Source of the DNA: Escherichia coli
GTDB lineage: Bacteria; Pseudomonadota; Gammaproteobacteria; Enterobacterales; Enterobacteriaceae
Assembly: GCF_002854065.1 (NCBI RefSeq)
Contig: NZ_CP024147.1
Strand: one strand, 5' to 3'
DNA length: 64,000 nucleotides
Each line of letters starts with the position of its first letter. Within the stretch, counting starts at the first letter, position 1. Shown piece by piece: positions 27,148 through 38,759 of the stretch. The translations under genes and the position numbers were made by a program. The notes under the pieces are model-generated. The model searched no databases. It saw only the letters and a program-made list of their open reading frames with translations, and was not told the DNA's origin.

Positions 27148-27195
27148 TGTCTCTCTTCCTTCCAGATAAATGCCCCGAAATATCGGGGCAGATGA

Positions 27196-29178
27196 TTACC
27201 ATTGATAACTCACGAAAATTTTTCCGTTACGACCATCCTGTGGGATGCCTTGCGGCGACCAGTACTCTTTGTCGAAAGCGTTACCCAACACCAAAGTAGT
27301 GGTCATACCTTTGAGCGCCTGTTGTCCTTGATAACTGACGTAGAAATCATTCACGCCATAGCCTGGTTGTTTGCTGTAACTGCTGCTGATATGTGTTGAG
27401 CGATCGGCAAACGTACCAACCCACCCAACAGAGAAGCCACTGTGAGCGATCGGAATATTCAGAGTGCTGGTAACAGTATCCGGGTTAATGCTGGAGATGT
27501 ATTCGCCGGTATCGGTGTCTTTGCCGCGGGTACGGTTATAGGCCACATCAAGGCTAAACAGATCAGTGGTATATTTCGTCATCACATCCCAGCCCCAGAT
27601 TTTGGCGTTCGGGACGTTATACGACATAGTCGTCGCCGCCGCGAAATCGACGGTCGTGGAGATGTAATCCTTCGCTTTGGTATCAAAGTAGCTGGCTTTA
27701 AATTCCAGAGCATCATTGGACAACATCAGGTCATCAAAACGCAGCCCAAAACCGTACTCCTGAGTTTCGTTAGTTTCCGGACGTAAGTTCGGGTTTGGCA
27801 CCCAATAGTTGGTATAGAAGCGACCAATCGAGAAGTGCTTAGAATCGTTATACATTTCGCCCATCGTCGGGGCGCGGAATGCCTGGGCATATGAGCCAAA
27901 TAACATCAGCCAGTTAGTCGGATTGATAGTCATCCCCGCACGAGATGACCATTTGTCGGCATCAACATCTTTGTAACCGTCACTGCTACCGCGATAACTG
28001 TCATAGCGGGTTCCGCCAAGCAGGGTAATCGGCAGATCGCGTAAGGTGATCTCATCCTGTAGCCAGCCGGAGCTAAAATCGATTTTTGCTTGCGGGAAGC
28101 CCGTCGTCGCGCCGCCCGGATGTTGTTCCTGACGATAATACTCACCGCCATATGTCAGTAAGTGAGAAGCGAAACTGTCGGCAAAGAGAGTGGAACGGTT
28201 CTCCAGCCTGGCTCCTTTTGTTATCTGTTCACGATACTCGCCGGAACTCCCCGTGTTTTGCGCATTAATACGGACTTCCGACCAATAAATTTTTGCATCT
28301 GCATTTAACCAGTCGTTGCCCTGCGGGGCGAGTTTATAAGAAAGCTGCGCATCGCGTTGAATTGTTGAACGATCAACCATCGGGTTGCTGCTTTCAGAAG
28401 CCTCAACGGTCTGCGGATTTTTTGGTTCACGCGCGTCGTTGTTGTAGTAACGCACTAAACCGCTCAGAGACTGGGCTGAATCAATTTGCCAGGTCCCTTT
28501 CGCCAGCATGTTATTAATGGACTCGTCATTCGGCGCGGTTTCACCATTGCTTTGCCGTAAATCACCCCGATCGCGACTGGACCAGGCCACAATACCATCC
28601 AGATTTTCAGTTCGCCCAAACGCGCTCGCGCCTAATCCCAGGCTATGGTCCCCCGTACCGCCAGTACCAAAGACACGAAAACCACTGCTTTGTCCTTCCT
28701 GCAATAAATCTTTTGCATCGACCGTATCGTAGGAGATCACTCCACCCAGCGCGCCACTGCCATACAGTAATGCTGAAGGTCCGCGAACAATCTCAACACG
28801 CTTGATCAGCGCCGGATCGAGAAAAGTGCCATTCAGGTGTCCGGTATCCGTTCCCTGGCGAACACCATCGATAAGAACCAGCACGCCGCGATGATCATAG
28901 CCACGCATATTTACATCCTGACCGTTGGTTCGTCCGGTACCATCCAGAGTAATTCCAGGAACATGACGCAGCAGATCGGTGGCTGAAGTAGCCGTTTGAT
29001 TTTCAGGAGCGGAAGTGTCGATGACGCTGACCATCATAGGCGTTTCGAAGGAACTACGGGCATTCCCCGTTGCCGTAACGGTCATGGTTTCAGTAGCAAA
29101 AGCAAACGTTGGCAAGGTGGCAGAAACAGCCAAGGCCAACAAACTCAAACGCAACGAGGTAAATTGCGGACGTGACAT
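27196..29178 (-). CDS. chuA: TonB-dependent outer-membrane heme receptor ChuA
   Basis: 660 aa, signal peptide, TonB box, C-terminal …SYQW. Confidence 0.9.
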   Translation of the reverse strand: MSRPQFTSLRLSLLALAVSATLPTFAFATETMTVTATGNARSSFETPMMVSVIDTSAPENQTATSATDLLRHVPGITLDGTGRTNGQDVNMRGYDHRGVLVLIDGVRQGTDTGHLNGTFLDPALIKRVEIVRGPSALLYGSGALGGVISYDTVDAKDLLQEGQSSGFRVFGTGGTGDHSLGLGASAFGRTENLDGIVAWSSRDRGDLRQSNGETAPNDESINNMLAKGTWQIDSAQSLSGLVRYYNNDAREPKNPQTVEASESSNPMVDRSTIQRDAQLSYKLAPQGNDWLNADAKIYWSEVRINAQNTGSSGEYREQITKGARLENRSTLFADSFASHLLTYGGEYYRQEQHPGGATTGFPQAKIDFSSGWLQDEITLRDLPITLLGGTRYDSYRGSSDGYKDVDADKWSSRAGMTINPTNWLMLFGSYAQAFRAPTMGEMYNDSKHFSIGRFYTNYWVPNPNLRPETNETQEYGFGLRFDDLMLSNDALEFKASYFDTKAKDYISTTVDFAAATTMSYNVPNAKIWGWDVMTKYTTDLFSLDVAYNRTRGKDTDTGEYISSINPDTVTSTLNIPIAHSGFSVGWVGTFADRSTHISSSYSKQPGYGVNDFYVSYQGQQALKGMTTTLVLGNAFDKEYWSPQGIPQDGRNGKIFVSYQW

Positions 29179-29467
29179 AGCGATTCTCCATGAGGAAAAT
29201 AAAAAATGCTGGCTGCCTGGGTTAATACCGGGGTGGCTGGCGAAAAATAAATTTATTTAAAATTCAGAGCGATAATATTCGCCGGGTGAGTTTACAGGCG
29301 TTTATATCCCATGAAATTGCCTGATAACTCGGCAATTACGCAAAAGCACGCCCTCTTTGTCAGGCAAAACGATATGCCCCATCAGGAGTGAAGAGAGCTG
29401 TGCGTTATCCCTTGCAAATGCTATGGTTTTGTTATCCATATGGTCGTGTTTTGTTAAATGCAAACGT

Positions 29468-29486
29468 GATAATGAGAATTATTATC
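29468..29486. promoter_or_regulatory. Fur box GATAATGAGAATTATTATC upstream of long chuA leader
   Basis: Close match to Fur consensus GATAATGATAATCATTATC. Confidence 0.7.
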
Positions 29487-29818
29487 GATCAATTTTTTAT
29501 GATCAAGTTTTTTTTTAACCACCATTAACACAATAAACAGGGGGTTATGAAACCTATCCTGCGCCCTGTAAACCACCTTGTTTTTATGGTTATCCCCCCA
29601 TGCCTCATCACTAAATTTTGTCGTTAACAGTGATAATTTTTTCTTCTCTTTGCTCTGCAAGCCTCGATATCTCTGGGTTATCAGCTTTTTCCCGCGATGA
29701 AATTTAGTCGGTAACAAGAACGTTAGCTGACGAAGCATCTTGATAAAAATCAAAAATAAATACGCTTGTAACGCCTTGCGTATTGAATCGACGGTTGTAT
29801 TTCATATATAACTCAAAT

Positions 29819-29837
29819 GATAATCATAATCATTCTC
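29819..29837. promoter_or_regulatory. Fur box GATAATCATAATCATTCTC upstream of chuT
   Basis: Close match to Fur consensus. Confidence 0.7.
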
Positions 29838-29860
29838 AATTTGATAAGAGTTCTCACATT

Positions 29861-30775
29861 ATGCCAAGGATCATCACCAGGCCGTTTCTTTTTTCCCCAC
29901 TGACGTTATGTATTTCAGCCGTGGCCTCTGCCGCGAAGACCGCAGTAAAACGAAAAAAATTGTTTACGGCAGTACTGGCTCTTAGCTGGGCTTTTAGCGT
30001 AACGGCTGCCGAACGTATCGTGGTCGCAGGAGGATCGCTGACGGAGCTAATCTACGCGATGGGCGCTGGCGAACGCGTGGTTGGTGTCGATGAAACGACA
30101 TCTTATCCACCAGAAACCGCCAAACTGCCGCATATTGGCTACTGGAAACAACTCAGCAGCGAAGGCATTTTGTCACTTCGCCCGGATAGCGTAATTACCT
30201 GGCAGGATGCCGGGCCACAAATTGTGCTCGACCAACTACGAGCGCAGAAAATCAACGTCGTCACCCTGCCGCGTGTGCCTGCCACCCTTCAGCAGATGTA
30301 CGCCAACATTCGCCAACTGGCAAAAACGCTACAGGTTCCTGAACAAGGCGAGGCACTGGTGACAAAAATCAGCCAACGCCTGGAGCGAGTACAGCAAAAC
30401 GTGGCGGCCAAAAAAGCCCCGGTTAAAGCCATGTTTATTCTCTCCGCGGGCGGAAGTGCGCCACAAGTTGCCGGTAAAGGCAGCGTCGCGGACGCCATTC
30501 TTTCGCTTGCCGGAGCAGAAAACGTCGCTCCCCACCAGCAGTACAAAAGCTACAGTGCAGAATCACTGATTGCGGCTAATCCAGAAGTGATTGTCGTAAC
30601 CTCACAAATGGTTGATGGCGATATTAATCGGCTACGTTCTATTGCTGGAATTACCCACACTGCCGCATGGAAAAACCAGCGCATTATCACCGTTGATCAA
30701 AACCTGATTCTGGGAATGGGTCCGCGTATTGCTGATGTCGTTGAGTCTTTACACCAGCAGCTTTGGCCGCAATAA
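29861..30775 (+). CDS. chuT: Periplasmic heme-binding protein ChuT (start placed downstream of Fur box)
   Basis: 304 aa with signal peptide; ORF-track start 29783 is TTG upstream of the Fur box. Confidence 0.8.
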   Translation: MPRIITRPFLFSPLTLCISAVASAAKTAVKRKKLFTAVLALSWAFSVTAAERIVVAGGSLTELIYAMGAGERVVGVDETTSYPPETAKLPHIGYWKQLSSEGILSLRPDSVITWQDAGPQIVLDQLRAQKINVVTLPRVPATLQQMYANIRQLAKTLQVPEQGEALVTKISQRLERVQQNVAAKKAPVKAMFILSAGGSAPQVAGKGSVADAILSLAGAENVAPHQQYKSYSAESLIAANPEVIVVTSQMVDGDINRLRSIAGITHTAAWKNQRIITVDQNLILGMGPRIADVVESLHQQLWPQ

Positions 30776-30794
30776 ATGGATTTAAATCAGACGA

Positions 30795-32132
30795 ATGAAC
30801 GCAATTAACACCCTGGATCTCACGCCACATTTTGCTTTAGACGGTGATCAGCCATTTAAAGACAGGCGCGCCATGATGCCGTTTCGTGGAGCCATTCCGG
30901 TTGCCAAAGAGCAACTGGCACTAACCTGGCAAGAGATGCTCAATCAAACGGTATCACCTCGTAAGCGACTGGTTTACCTACACATTCCTTTTTGCGCGAC
31001 ACACTGCACGTTTTGTGGCTTTTATCAGAACCGTTTTAATGAAGATGCGTGTACTCATTATACCGACGCCCTGATTCGTGAAATAGAAATGGAAGCGGAC
31101 AGCGTATTGCATCAGTCTGCCCCCATCCACGCGGTCTATTTCGGTGGCGGTACGCCTTCCGCACTTTCGGCACACGATTTGGCCAGAATCATCACCACAT
31201 TACGAGAAAAGCTGCCACTGGCCCCTGATTGTGAAATTACTATCGAAGGACGGGTATTGAATTTTGACGCTGAGCGAATCGATGCTTGCCTTGATGCAGG
31301 AGCAAACCGCTTCTCAATTGGTATCCAGTCGTTTAACAGCAAAATCCGCAAGAAAATGGCCCGCACCTCGGATGGCCCAACCGCTATTGCGTTTATGGAA
31401 AGCCTGGTCAAACGTGACCGTGCTGCGGTGGTCTGTGACCTGCTGTTTGGCCTGCCGGGTCAGGATGCGCAAACCTGGGGAGAAGATCTGGCTATTGCCC
31501 GCGATATCGGTCTCGACGGCGTCGATCTCTATGCGCTCAATGTCCTGCCCAATACACCGCTGGGCAAGGCCGTGGAAAATGGGCGTACTACCGTGCTCTC
31601 TCCGGCAGAACGTCGCGATCTTTATCTGCAAGGGTGTGACTTCATGGACGAAGCCGGTTGGCGCTGTATTAGTAACAGCCACTGGGGCCGTACCACACGC
31701 GAACGCAATCTCTATAACCTGCTGATAAAACAAGGTGCCGATTGTCTGGCCTTTGGTTCCGGAGCCGGCGGTTCGATTAATGATTACTCCTGGATGAACG
31801 AACGCAATCTTCAGACCTGGCATGAATCCGTCGCGGCAGGCAAAAAACCGCTGATGATGATCATGCGTAACGCCGAACGTAATGCGCAATGGCGTCATAC
31901 CTTGCAGTCAGGTGTTGAAACAGCGCGCGTACCGCTGGATGAACTTACGCCACATGCCGAAAAACTCGCGCCGTTACTGGCTCAATGGCACCAAAAAGGC
32001 TTAAGTCGCGATGCTTCAACTTGCCTGCGGCTGACTAATGAAGGTCGTTTCTGGGCAAGCAATATTTTGCAGTCTCTTAATGAACTAATTCAGGTACTTA
32101 ATGCGCCAGCGATTGTGCGTGAAAAACCATAA
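30795..32132 (+). CDS. chuW: Radical-SAM anaerobic heme-degrading enzyme ChuW
   Basis: CATHCTFCGF radical-SAM motif. Confidence 0.85.
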   Translation: MNAINTLDLTPHFALDGDQPFKDRRAMMPFRGAIPVAKEQLALTWQEMLNQTVSPRKRLVYLHIPFCATHCTFCGFYQNRFNEDACTHYTDALIREIEMEADSVLHQSAPIHAVYFGGGTPSALSAHDLARIITTLREKLPLAPDCEITIEGRVLNFDAERIDACLDAGANRFSIGIQSFNSKIRKKMARTSDGPTAIAFMESLVKRDRAAVVCDLLFGLPGQDAQTWGEDLAIARDIGLDGVDLYALNVLPNTPLGKAVENGRTTVLSPAERRDLYLQGCDFMDEAGWRCISNSHWGRTTRERNLYNLLIKQGADCLAFGSGAGGSINDYSWMNERNLQTWHESVAAGKKPLMMIMRNAERNAQWRHTLQSGVETARVPLDELTPHAEKLAPLLAQWHQKGLSRDASTCLRLTNEGRFWASNILQSLNELIQVLNAPAIVREKP

Positions 32133-32144
32133 CAGGAGTGATTT

Positions 32145-32639
32145 ATGAGCCATGTCTCGTTACAAGAATTTTTGAAAACGGAGCCGGACGGTACGCTGGA
32201 AGTGGTAGCCGAACAATACAACACCACACTGCTGGAGGTAGTGAGAAATCTACCCTTCTCTACCGTAGTGCCAGGCGATAAATTCGATACTGTCTGGGAT
32301 ACCGTCTGCGAATGGGGCAACGTCACCACGTTAGTACATACTGCCGATGTAATCCTCGAATTTAGCGGCGAACTGCCTTCGGGTTTCCATCGCCACGGCT
32401 ATTTCAACCTACGCGGAAAGCACGGCATGTCCGAGCATATCAAAGCAGAAAACTGCACGCATATTGCCTTTATCGAACGTAAATTTATGGGCATGGACAC
32501 CGCGTCCATTCTCTTTTTCAATAAGGAAGGCAGCGCCATGCTGAAAATCTTCCTCGGTAGGGATGACCATCGTCAGCTCCTGAGCGAACAAGTCAGCGCC
32601 TTCCATACTCTGGCGGCATCGTTAAAGGAACACGCCTGA
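32145..32639 (+). CDS. chuX: Heme utilisation protein ChuX
   Basis: 164 aa, position in chu operon. Confidence 0.8.
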   Translation: MSHVSLQEFLKTEPDGTLEVVAEQYNTTLLEVVRNLPFSTVVPGDKFDTVWDTVCEWGNVTTLVHTADVILEFSGELPSGFHRHGYFNLRGKHGMSEHIKAENCTHIAFIERKFMGMDTASILFFNKEGSAMLKIFLGRDDHRQLLSEQVSAFHTLAASLKEHA

Positions 32640-33262
32640 TGACGCCGTGGCTACTCTTTGGCGCAGGCGGAAAAGGTGTGGGTGTCAGAACGCTTGAACT
32701 GGCGCTGGCGGAACAACGTCCGGTCGTTGCTGTCATTCGTCATGCCGATGCCGCCACGAAACTGGCGCAACAAGGCGTACAGGTTTTTACAGGCGACGCC
32801 TGTGATGCCAGCGTAGTCGCGGCTGCTTGCCGCGCAGCTGGCCCGGATGCGCTTATCATCTCCACAATGGGAGGAGCTCAGGATTATCTGGCGCACAGAA
32901 CAGTGATTGATGAGGCCGAAAAGGCCGGCATCAGTCGCATGATTCTGGTGACCTCTTTGGGATGCGGCGATAGCTGGCCGTTTTTATCGGAGCGGGCAAA
33001 GGCTGCGTTTGGTCAGGCGGTACGGGAAAAAACGCTGGCGGAAAGCTGGCTGCAAACCAGCCAGCTTGATTACGCCATTCTCCGCCCTGGTGGTCTGCTT
33101 GACGGCGCAGCAACAGGCAAAGCACAACGGGTACAAAATCAGGAGTGTCATGGTTTTGTCCGCCGTGCCGATGTCGCCGCACATATCCATGAACTAGCAA
33201 ATGCGCCAGCACTTAACCAGCAGGTCTACAGTCTGATTGAACCGGACCTGAAACCGGCGTGA
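32639..33262 (+). CDS. chuY: ChuY (NAD(P)-binding, anaerobilin reductase)
   Basis: 207 aa, Rossmann-like N-terminus, operon position. Confidence 0.8.
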   Translation: MTPWLLFGAGGKGVGVRTLELALAEQRPVVAVIRHADAATKLAQQGVQVFTGDACDASVVAAACRAAGPDALIISTMGGAQDYLAHRTVIDEAEKAGISRMILVTSLGCGDSWPFLSERAKAAFGQAVREKTLAESWLQTSQLDYAILRPGGLLDGAATGKAQRVQNQECHGFVRRADVAAHIHELANAPALNQQVYSLIEPDLKPA

Positions 33263-33310
33263 TACCCCGGCGCGGCATGTCCGCGCCGTAATGTCGTAAC
33301 GGAGTTTTGC

Positions 33311-34303
33311 GTGCACAAGGATTCATTTTCATCCGCCAGGGTCTTTATGGGGCTATCACTATTATTGCTTGCCCTAGTGCTGTTCGGTGCTAGTCAGGGA
33401 GCGTTAAAGATCAGTTTTGATGCCCTTTTTGATGAGGAATACCGCGATATCTGGCTCAATATTCGTCTACCACGGGTTTTGCTGGCGGTGCTGGTAGGTG
33501 CAGCGTTGGCAACCGCAGGGGTAATTATGCAGGGGCTTTTTCGCAACCCAATGGCTGACCCAGGATTACTTGGCGTCAGTAGCGGTTCTGCATTAATGGT
33601 TGGCGTTGCTATTGTGCTGCCCTTCTCCTTCCCAGTGGTGCTGGTGCTCTATGAGCAAATGATGTTTGCCATTGCCGGAAGTTTAGTGGTCTGCACCATC
33701 ATTTTTCTCATCACGCAGCGCCATCGCGATGGCAGCATGATGCAATTATTACTCGCCGGTATCGCCATCAATGCCCTGTGCGGCGCAGCGATCGGCATCC
33801 TGAGCTATATCGGCGATGAGCAGCAGCTACGACAACTCACATTGTGGATGATGGGCAATCTTGGACAGGCGCAATGGCCGACGTTATTGGTTGCCAGTTC
33901 ATTCATCCTTCCGGCCATTATCGCAACAACTAGTCTCGCCGGAACGCTGAATTTACTGCAGCTCGGTGATGAAGAAGCTCATTACCTCGGCGTGAACGTT
34001 AAGCGTAAACGCCAGCAATTACTGTTAGTGAGCTCACTGCTCGTTGGTGCTGCCGTATCGGTAAGCGGCATTATCGGCTTTATTGGCCTGGTGATCCCGC
34101 ATCTGATTCGCATGACTACCGGAGCAAATCACCGCTGGCTAATCCCTTGTTCCGCCCTCGCCGGAGCCTGTTTATTGCTGATGGCAGACACGCTTGCCCG
34201 CACGCTGGTACAGCCAGCAGAAATGCCCGTAGGATTATTAACCAGCCTGCTTGGTGGCCCTTATTTTATGTGGTTGATTCTGCGAAATCGGAGGATCACA
34301 TGA
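33311..34303 (+). CDS. chuU: Heme ABC transporter permease ChuU (GTG start at 33311 or later Met)
   Basis: FecCD-type permease. Confidence 0.8.
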   Translation: MHKDSFSSARVFMGLSLLLLALVLFGASQGALKISFDALFDEEYRDIWLNIRLPRVLLAVLVGAALATAGVIMQGLFRNPMADPGLLGVSSGSALMVGVAIVLPFSFPVVLVLYEQMMFAIAGSLVVCTIIFLITQRHRDGSMMQLLLAGIAINALCGAAIGILSYIGDEQQLRQLTLWMMGNLGQAQWPTLLVASSFILPAIIATTSLAGTLNLLQLGDEEAHYLGVNVKRKRQQLLLVSSLLVGAAVSVSGIIGFIGLVIPHLIRMTTGANHRWLIPCSALAGACLLLMADTLARTLVQPAEMPVGLLTSLLGGPYFMWLILRNRRIT

Positions 34304-35070
34304 TCAGCGCCCAGAATCTGGTTTATAGCCTTCAGGGGCGGCGTCTGACTGATAATGTCTCGCTGACTTTTCCCGGTGGGGAAATTGTTGCAATTCTCGG
34401 CCCTAATGGTGCGGGAAAATCTACGCTGCTTCGCCAGTTAACCGGCTATCTTCAACCTGATAGCGGCGAATGTCGGTTGTTTAATAAGCCATTAAATGAA
34501 TGGTCGATTACTGAACTGGCGAAACACCGGGCCGTGATGCGTCAAAATAGCCACATGGCGTTTCCATTCAGCGTACAAGAAGTTATCCAGATGGGGCAGC
34601 ATCCGCATCGTACTGGTAATCAGGATAATGAAACAGCACAAATAATGGCGTTATGTGACTGTCAGGCGTTAGCAAACCGCGACTATCGGCAATTATCCGG
34701 TGGTGAACAACAGCGCGTGCAACTAGCGCGCCTGCTGGTGCAACTCTGGGAACCTACTCCCTCACCGAAATGGTTATTTCTTGATGAACCAACTTCGGCG
34801 CTGGATATTCACCATCAGCAGCACTTGTTTCGTTTATTACGCCAGTTAGTTCACGAGCGGCAGTTCAATGTCTGCTGCATATTGCACGATCTAAATCTTG
34901 CCGCGCGTTATGCAGACCGTGTTGTATTAATGCAAAAAGGAAAGGTTATCGCAAATGGTAAACCACAGGACGTATTGACACAGCAGGCGCTGACAATGCT
35001 CTACGGCGCGGATATTACCGTACTTAAAGATCCTGCCAACCATTCACCACTGATCGTCCTCGATCATTAA
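34300..35070 (+). CDS. hmuV: Heme ABC transporter ATPase ChuV/HmuV
   Basis: Walker [22 protein letters not shown] overlap with chuU; RBS GGAGGA. Confidence 0.85.
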   Translation: MISAQNLVYSLQGRRLTDNVSLTFPGGEIVAILGPNGAGKSTLLRQLTGYLQPDSGECRLFNKPLNEWSITELAKHRAVMRQNSHMAFPFSVQEVIQMGQHPHRTGNQDNETAQIMALCDCQALANRDYRQLSGGEQQRVQLARLLVQLWEPTPSPKWLFLDEPTSALDIHHQQHLFRLLRQLVHERQFNVCCILHDLNLAARYADRVVLMQKGKVIANGKPQDVLTQQALTMLYGADITVLKDPANHSPLIVLDH

Positions 35071-35121
35071 AAGCAACAGGAGTACCGCACTGGTACTCCT
35101 GCGAATAAATAACTATACAGA

Positions 35122-35769
35122 TTAGCTAATTGAAACGCCTTTCACCCCTGCCATACCTTTTAATAATCGCAACAGATCTTCTATCGACGTTGTGGCATGA
35201 AGCTGGATATCAATGGCGACCACTTCATGATCTTCATTTTCCTGCAACGAAACTAAATCAGTTTTTATTTTTTGCTGCTTAAACCAGTCGAGCATTGATA
35301 CCGTATTACCGTTCACTAGTGTCAGCTGTAAATGGTAATTTTTGTTCATCAGGCGGAAGGTTAATTGATGGAAGACTTCCAGCACCAGCAAGGTCATCAC
35401 TGAACCATAAATACCCAGTTCGTACATACCACTGCCAATAACCATACCAATGGCGGCGGTCACCCAGATATCCGCTGCAGTCGTCAGACCTACAATATTT
35501 TGGTTACGAACGAGAATGTTACCTGCACCGATAAACCCGACGCCCGTCACCACCTGAGCAGCAATACGGCTGGGGTCCAGTCCGACGTGATCTAAAGACA
35601 GCACGTCAGCAAAACCATATTTCGAAACAATCATAAACAGGGCGCTTCCCATGCCAATTAATACATGTGTGCGTAACCCTGCTCCTTTGCCGCGTATTTG
35701 CCTTTCCATGCCAATAGCGCCACAGGCAATTGCCGCGAGTATAAGACGTATAATAAATTCTGCTGTCAT
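35122..35769 (-). CDS. yhiD: MgtC-family inner-membrane protein YhiD
   Basis: 215 aa, recognised. Confidence 0.85.
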   Translation of the reverse strand: MTAEFIIRLILAAIACGAIGMERQIRGKGAGLRTHVLIGMGSALFMIVSKYGFADVLSLDHVGLDPSRIAAQVVTGVGFIGAGNILVRNQNIVGLTTAADIWVTAAIGMVIGSGMYELGIYGSVMTLLVLEVFHQLTFRLMNKNYHLQLTLVNGNTVSMLDWFKQQKIKTDLVSLQENEDHEVVAIDIQLHATTSIEDLLRLLKGMAGVKGVSIS

Positions 35770-35832
35770 ATAAAAATGCAAAAAGGAGCAGCAAGATGGC
35801 TCAACTTGCTACTCCTTTTTACTTGTACCTCA

Positions 35833-36159
35833 TTAATTCGGCAAGTCATTAGATGCTTGATTTTTGAAGGTATACAAATTTTTCTGCGGGTTTTTCTTAC
35901 AGTATTCGATCACTTTAGGAATTTGAGTGAGATCGGTTTCATTTAAAGTAACGGTATCGCCACCTTTATATACTGTTTCTTCATGCAGCATCCACCATGC
36001 AACCGGGGTCATTGCTTTTGGATTCAGATCAATAAATTCCTGGCAGGTCATATCTTTAGCGGATTCATTGGCTGCCAGCGCAGATTGTGCGTTCACCAGT
36101 GACAAAGCCGCTACAGCGCCCATAAAAATAAACGCTTTACGGAGAGATGAAATATTCAT
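35833..36159 (-). CDS. hdeB: Periplasmic acid-stress chaperone HdeB
   Basis: MNISSLRKAFIFMGAVAALSLVNAQSALA…. Confidence 0.92.
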   Translation of the reverse strand: MNISSLRKAFIFMGAVAALSLVNAQSALAANESAKDMTCQEFIDLNPKAMTPVAWWMLHEETVYKGGDTVTLNETDLTQIPKVIEYCKKNPQKNLYTFKNQASNDLPN

Positions 36160-36274
36160 TTTGTAACCCATTCAATATAGAGATTATATATGAACAGGAG
36201 GAATAGCTGCTTTTAAAGAAGATATTCCGGCCTGTTCAATATGCAAGGAAGTACGATGTAACGCATTCCCGGAA

Positions 36275-36607
36275 TTACATATCTTTCTTAATTTTGTCCC
36301 ATTCGCCTTTAACTTTATCTTTAAAGTTGGCTTGTTTATCCTGAGTACAAGCCTGAACGATAGCTGGGGTTACGGTTGCAATACCCTGAACATCTAAAAC
36401 CGCATCTTCTGGTTTATCTTTGTTGTTCAGCGCTTCAGCAAAACCAACTGCAGTTGGCTGGAAGGATTCGTCCACAGCCAGGAAATCTTCACAGGTCCAG
36501 GAGTTGACCGGTTTTTTGTTATCAGCTGCTTTTTGCGCATCCGCTGCATTGCTCACAACTGGCAGAAGAAGCAGACCACCAAGAATAACGCCTAATACTT
36601 TTTTCAT
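36275..36607 (-). CDS. hdeA: Periplasmic acid-stress chaperone HdeA
   Basis: MKKVLGVILGGLLLLPVVSNAADAQKAADNKKPVNSWTCEDFL…. Confidence 0.92.
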   Translation of the reverse strand: MKKVLGVILGGLLLLPVVSNAADAQKAADNKKPVNSWTCEDFLAVDESFQPTAVGFAEALNNKDKPEDAVLDVQGIATVTPAIVQACTQDKQANFKDKVKGEWDKIKKDM

Positions 36608-36861
36608 CGTAATATCCTCAACTATAAAGTGAAAGAGCCGTCACGAATCAATTTCGACACTGAGGTTATAACCTGGTTTTCTGTATATGTCATGTTGATG
36701 GAAAATATCAAAATCAGATATTTTTATTTCAATACAATGAGTTACAGATGCATCAGATACTGCAATTAGGAAATTTTTATTAAATCGACTGCATTCTTAG
36801 ACGCGTTTTTGGCATAGATTGATAGCAGGGGATTTTCTTCTTAATTTTATAGGGTGGTTCT

Positions 36862-37434
36862 ATGTTATATATAGATAAGGCAACAATTTTGAAGTTTGAT
36901 CTGGAGATGCTTAAAAAACATCGCAGAGCAATCCAGTTTATTGCCGTGCTGCTGTTTATCGTCGGGTTGCTGTGTATCAGTTTCCCGTTCGTCTCTGGCG
37001 ATATTTTAAGCACAGTAGTGGGTGCATTATTAATCTGCTCGGGTATTGCGCTTATTGTCGGGTTATTCAGCAACCGCAGTCATAATTTCTGGCCGGTATT
37101 ATCCGGTTTCCTCGTCGCAGTCGCCTATTTATTGATCGGCTATTTCTTCATCCGCGCACCGGAGCTGGGCATTTTTGCCATTGCGGCATTTATTGCCGGT
37201 TTGTTCTGTGTTGCAGGGGTTATTCGCCTGATGAGTTGGTATCGTCAGCGTTCAATGAAAGGCAGCTGGCTACAGCTCGTTATTGGTGTGCTGGATATCG
37301 TCATTGCCTGGATATTCCTTGGTGCAACGCCGATGGTGTCTGTAACGCTGGTTTCCACACTGGTGGGAATTGAACTGATATTTAGCGCCGCCAGCCTGTT
37401 CAGCTTCGCCAGTTTGTTCGTTAAGCAGCAATAA
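36862..37434 (+). CDS. hdeD: Acid-resistance membrane protein HdeD
   Basis: 190 aa, recognised. Confidence 0.9.
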   Translation: MLYIDKATILKFDLEMLKKHRRAIQFIAVLLFIVGLLCISFPFVSGDILSTVVGALLICSGIALIVGLFSNRSHNFWPVLSGFLVAVAYLLIGYFFIRAPELGIFAIAAFIAGLFCVAGVIRLMSWYRQRSMKGSWLQLVIGVLDIVIAWIFLGATPMVSVTLVSTLVGIELIFSAASLFSFASLFVKQQ

Positions 37435-38231
37435 TTATCCCGGTTGTCACCCGGATCATAGTCACTTGATGTGACTATGATCCGATTAATACTCTCTCCG
37501 CTACGCGGAGTTGTAGATCAATTGCGCACTATCATTGAAATAATTACCTGCTAGTGATTATTTCAACCTACTGAATTTCATCTAATTTTTTTCACTCCAT
37601 GGCAAATTAGCCATTTCAAACATTATCATGGCTGATATTTTCCGTAGTCAGGTTTAATGTTTTAAAAGTGCTGTGGGAAAGTGAACAAAGAGTTCCGTAA
37701 GCGTTGATGCTATGGGCGGTTAAATAAGTAATCCGGGTTCATTTTTTTGCAACTGGCGTTGATTACATTGCATAAATATCCGTGTCTCCAGACGCTATAT
37801 AAAAACCTGAAGACATGAATGAGTTATTTACTCAGGTAATTTCAATGCGTTAAAAGAAAGCTGGCAATCCAATTGCCAGCTTAAGTCGAAACAAGGAGAC
37901 TCGATATTTAAATCGGATTACATTATAACTTTAGTAATATTCTTCAGAGATCACAAACTGGTTATTGATAACTTATTCTTGGGCAGTAATCCGCAAACGT
38001 TACTTTTTGCTCACTGCTTACAAATTGATAACAACCAGGAATTTTACTTAGGATCAATATATGGAGTGCGTGATGGATAAATCTGAAGTATTGATTAGTG
38101 TTAATAGACGTATTAGTTCACGAAGGGCAAAGTTCTTATAGGCGTTTACTATATTGAACAACGATTCGGACAAGGATGTAAATAATGAAAAGGATGACAT
38201 GTTCGAAACGATAACGGCTAAGGAGCAAGTT

Positions 38232-38759
38232 ATGATTTTTCTCATGACGAAAGATTCTTTTCTTTTACAGGGCTTTTGGCAGTTGAAAGATAATGACGAA
38301 ATGATAAAAATCAATTCCCTGTCAGAGATCAAAAAAGTAGGCAATAAACCCTTCAAGGTTATCATTGATACCTATCACAATCATATCCTTGATGAAGAAG
38401 CGATTAAATTTCTGGAGAAATTAGATGCCGAGAGAATTATTGTTTTGGCACCTTATCACATCAGTAAACTAAAAGCTAAAGCGCCTATTTATTTTGTTAG
38501 CCGCAAAGAAAGTATCAAAAATCTTCTTGAGATTACTTATGGTAAACACTTGCCCCATAAGAATTCACAATTATGTTTTTCACATAATCAGTTCAAAATT
38601 ATGCAACTGATTCTGAAAAATAAAAATGAAAGCAATATCACGTCGACGCTCAATATTTCGCAACAAACATTAAAGATTCAGAAATTCAACATTATGTACA
38701 AGCTGAAACTAAGACGTATGAGCGACATCGTCACCCTGGGTATCACATCTTATTTTTAG
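38232..38759 (+). CDS. gadE: Acid-resistance LuxR-family activator GadE
   Basis: MIFLMTKDSFLLQGFWQLKDN…; RBS AGGAGC; ~800-bp upstream regulatory region. Confidence 0.9.
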   Translation: MIFLMTKDSFLLQGFWQLKDNDEMIKINSLSEIKKVGNKPFKVIIDTYHNHILDEEAIKFLEKLDAERIIVLAPYHISKLKAKAPIYFVSRKESIKNLLEITYGKHLPHKNSQLCFSHNQFKIMQLILKNKNESNITSTLNISQQTLKIQKFNIMYKLKLRRMSDIVTLGITSYF

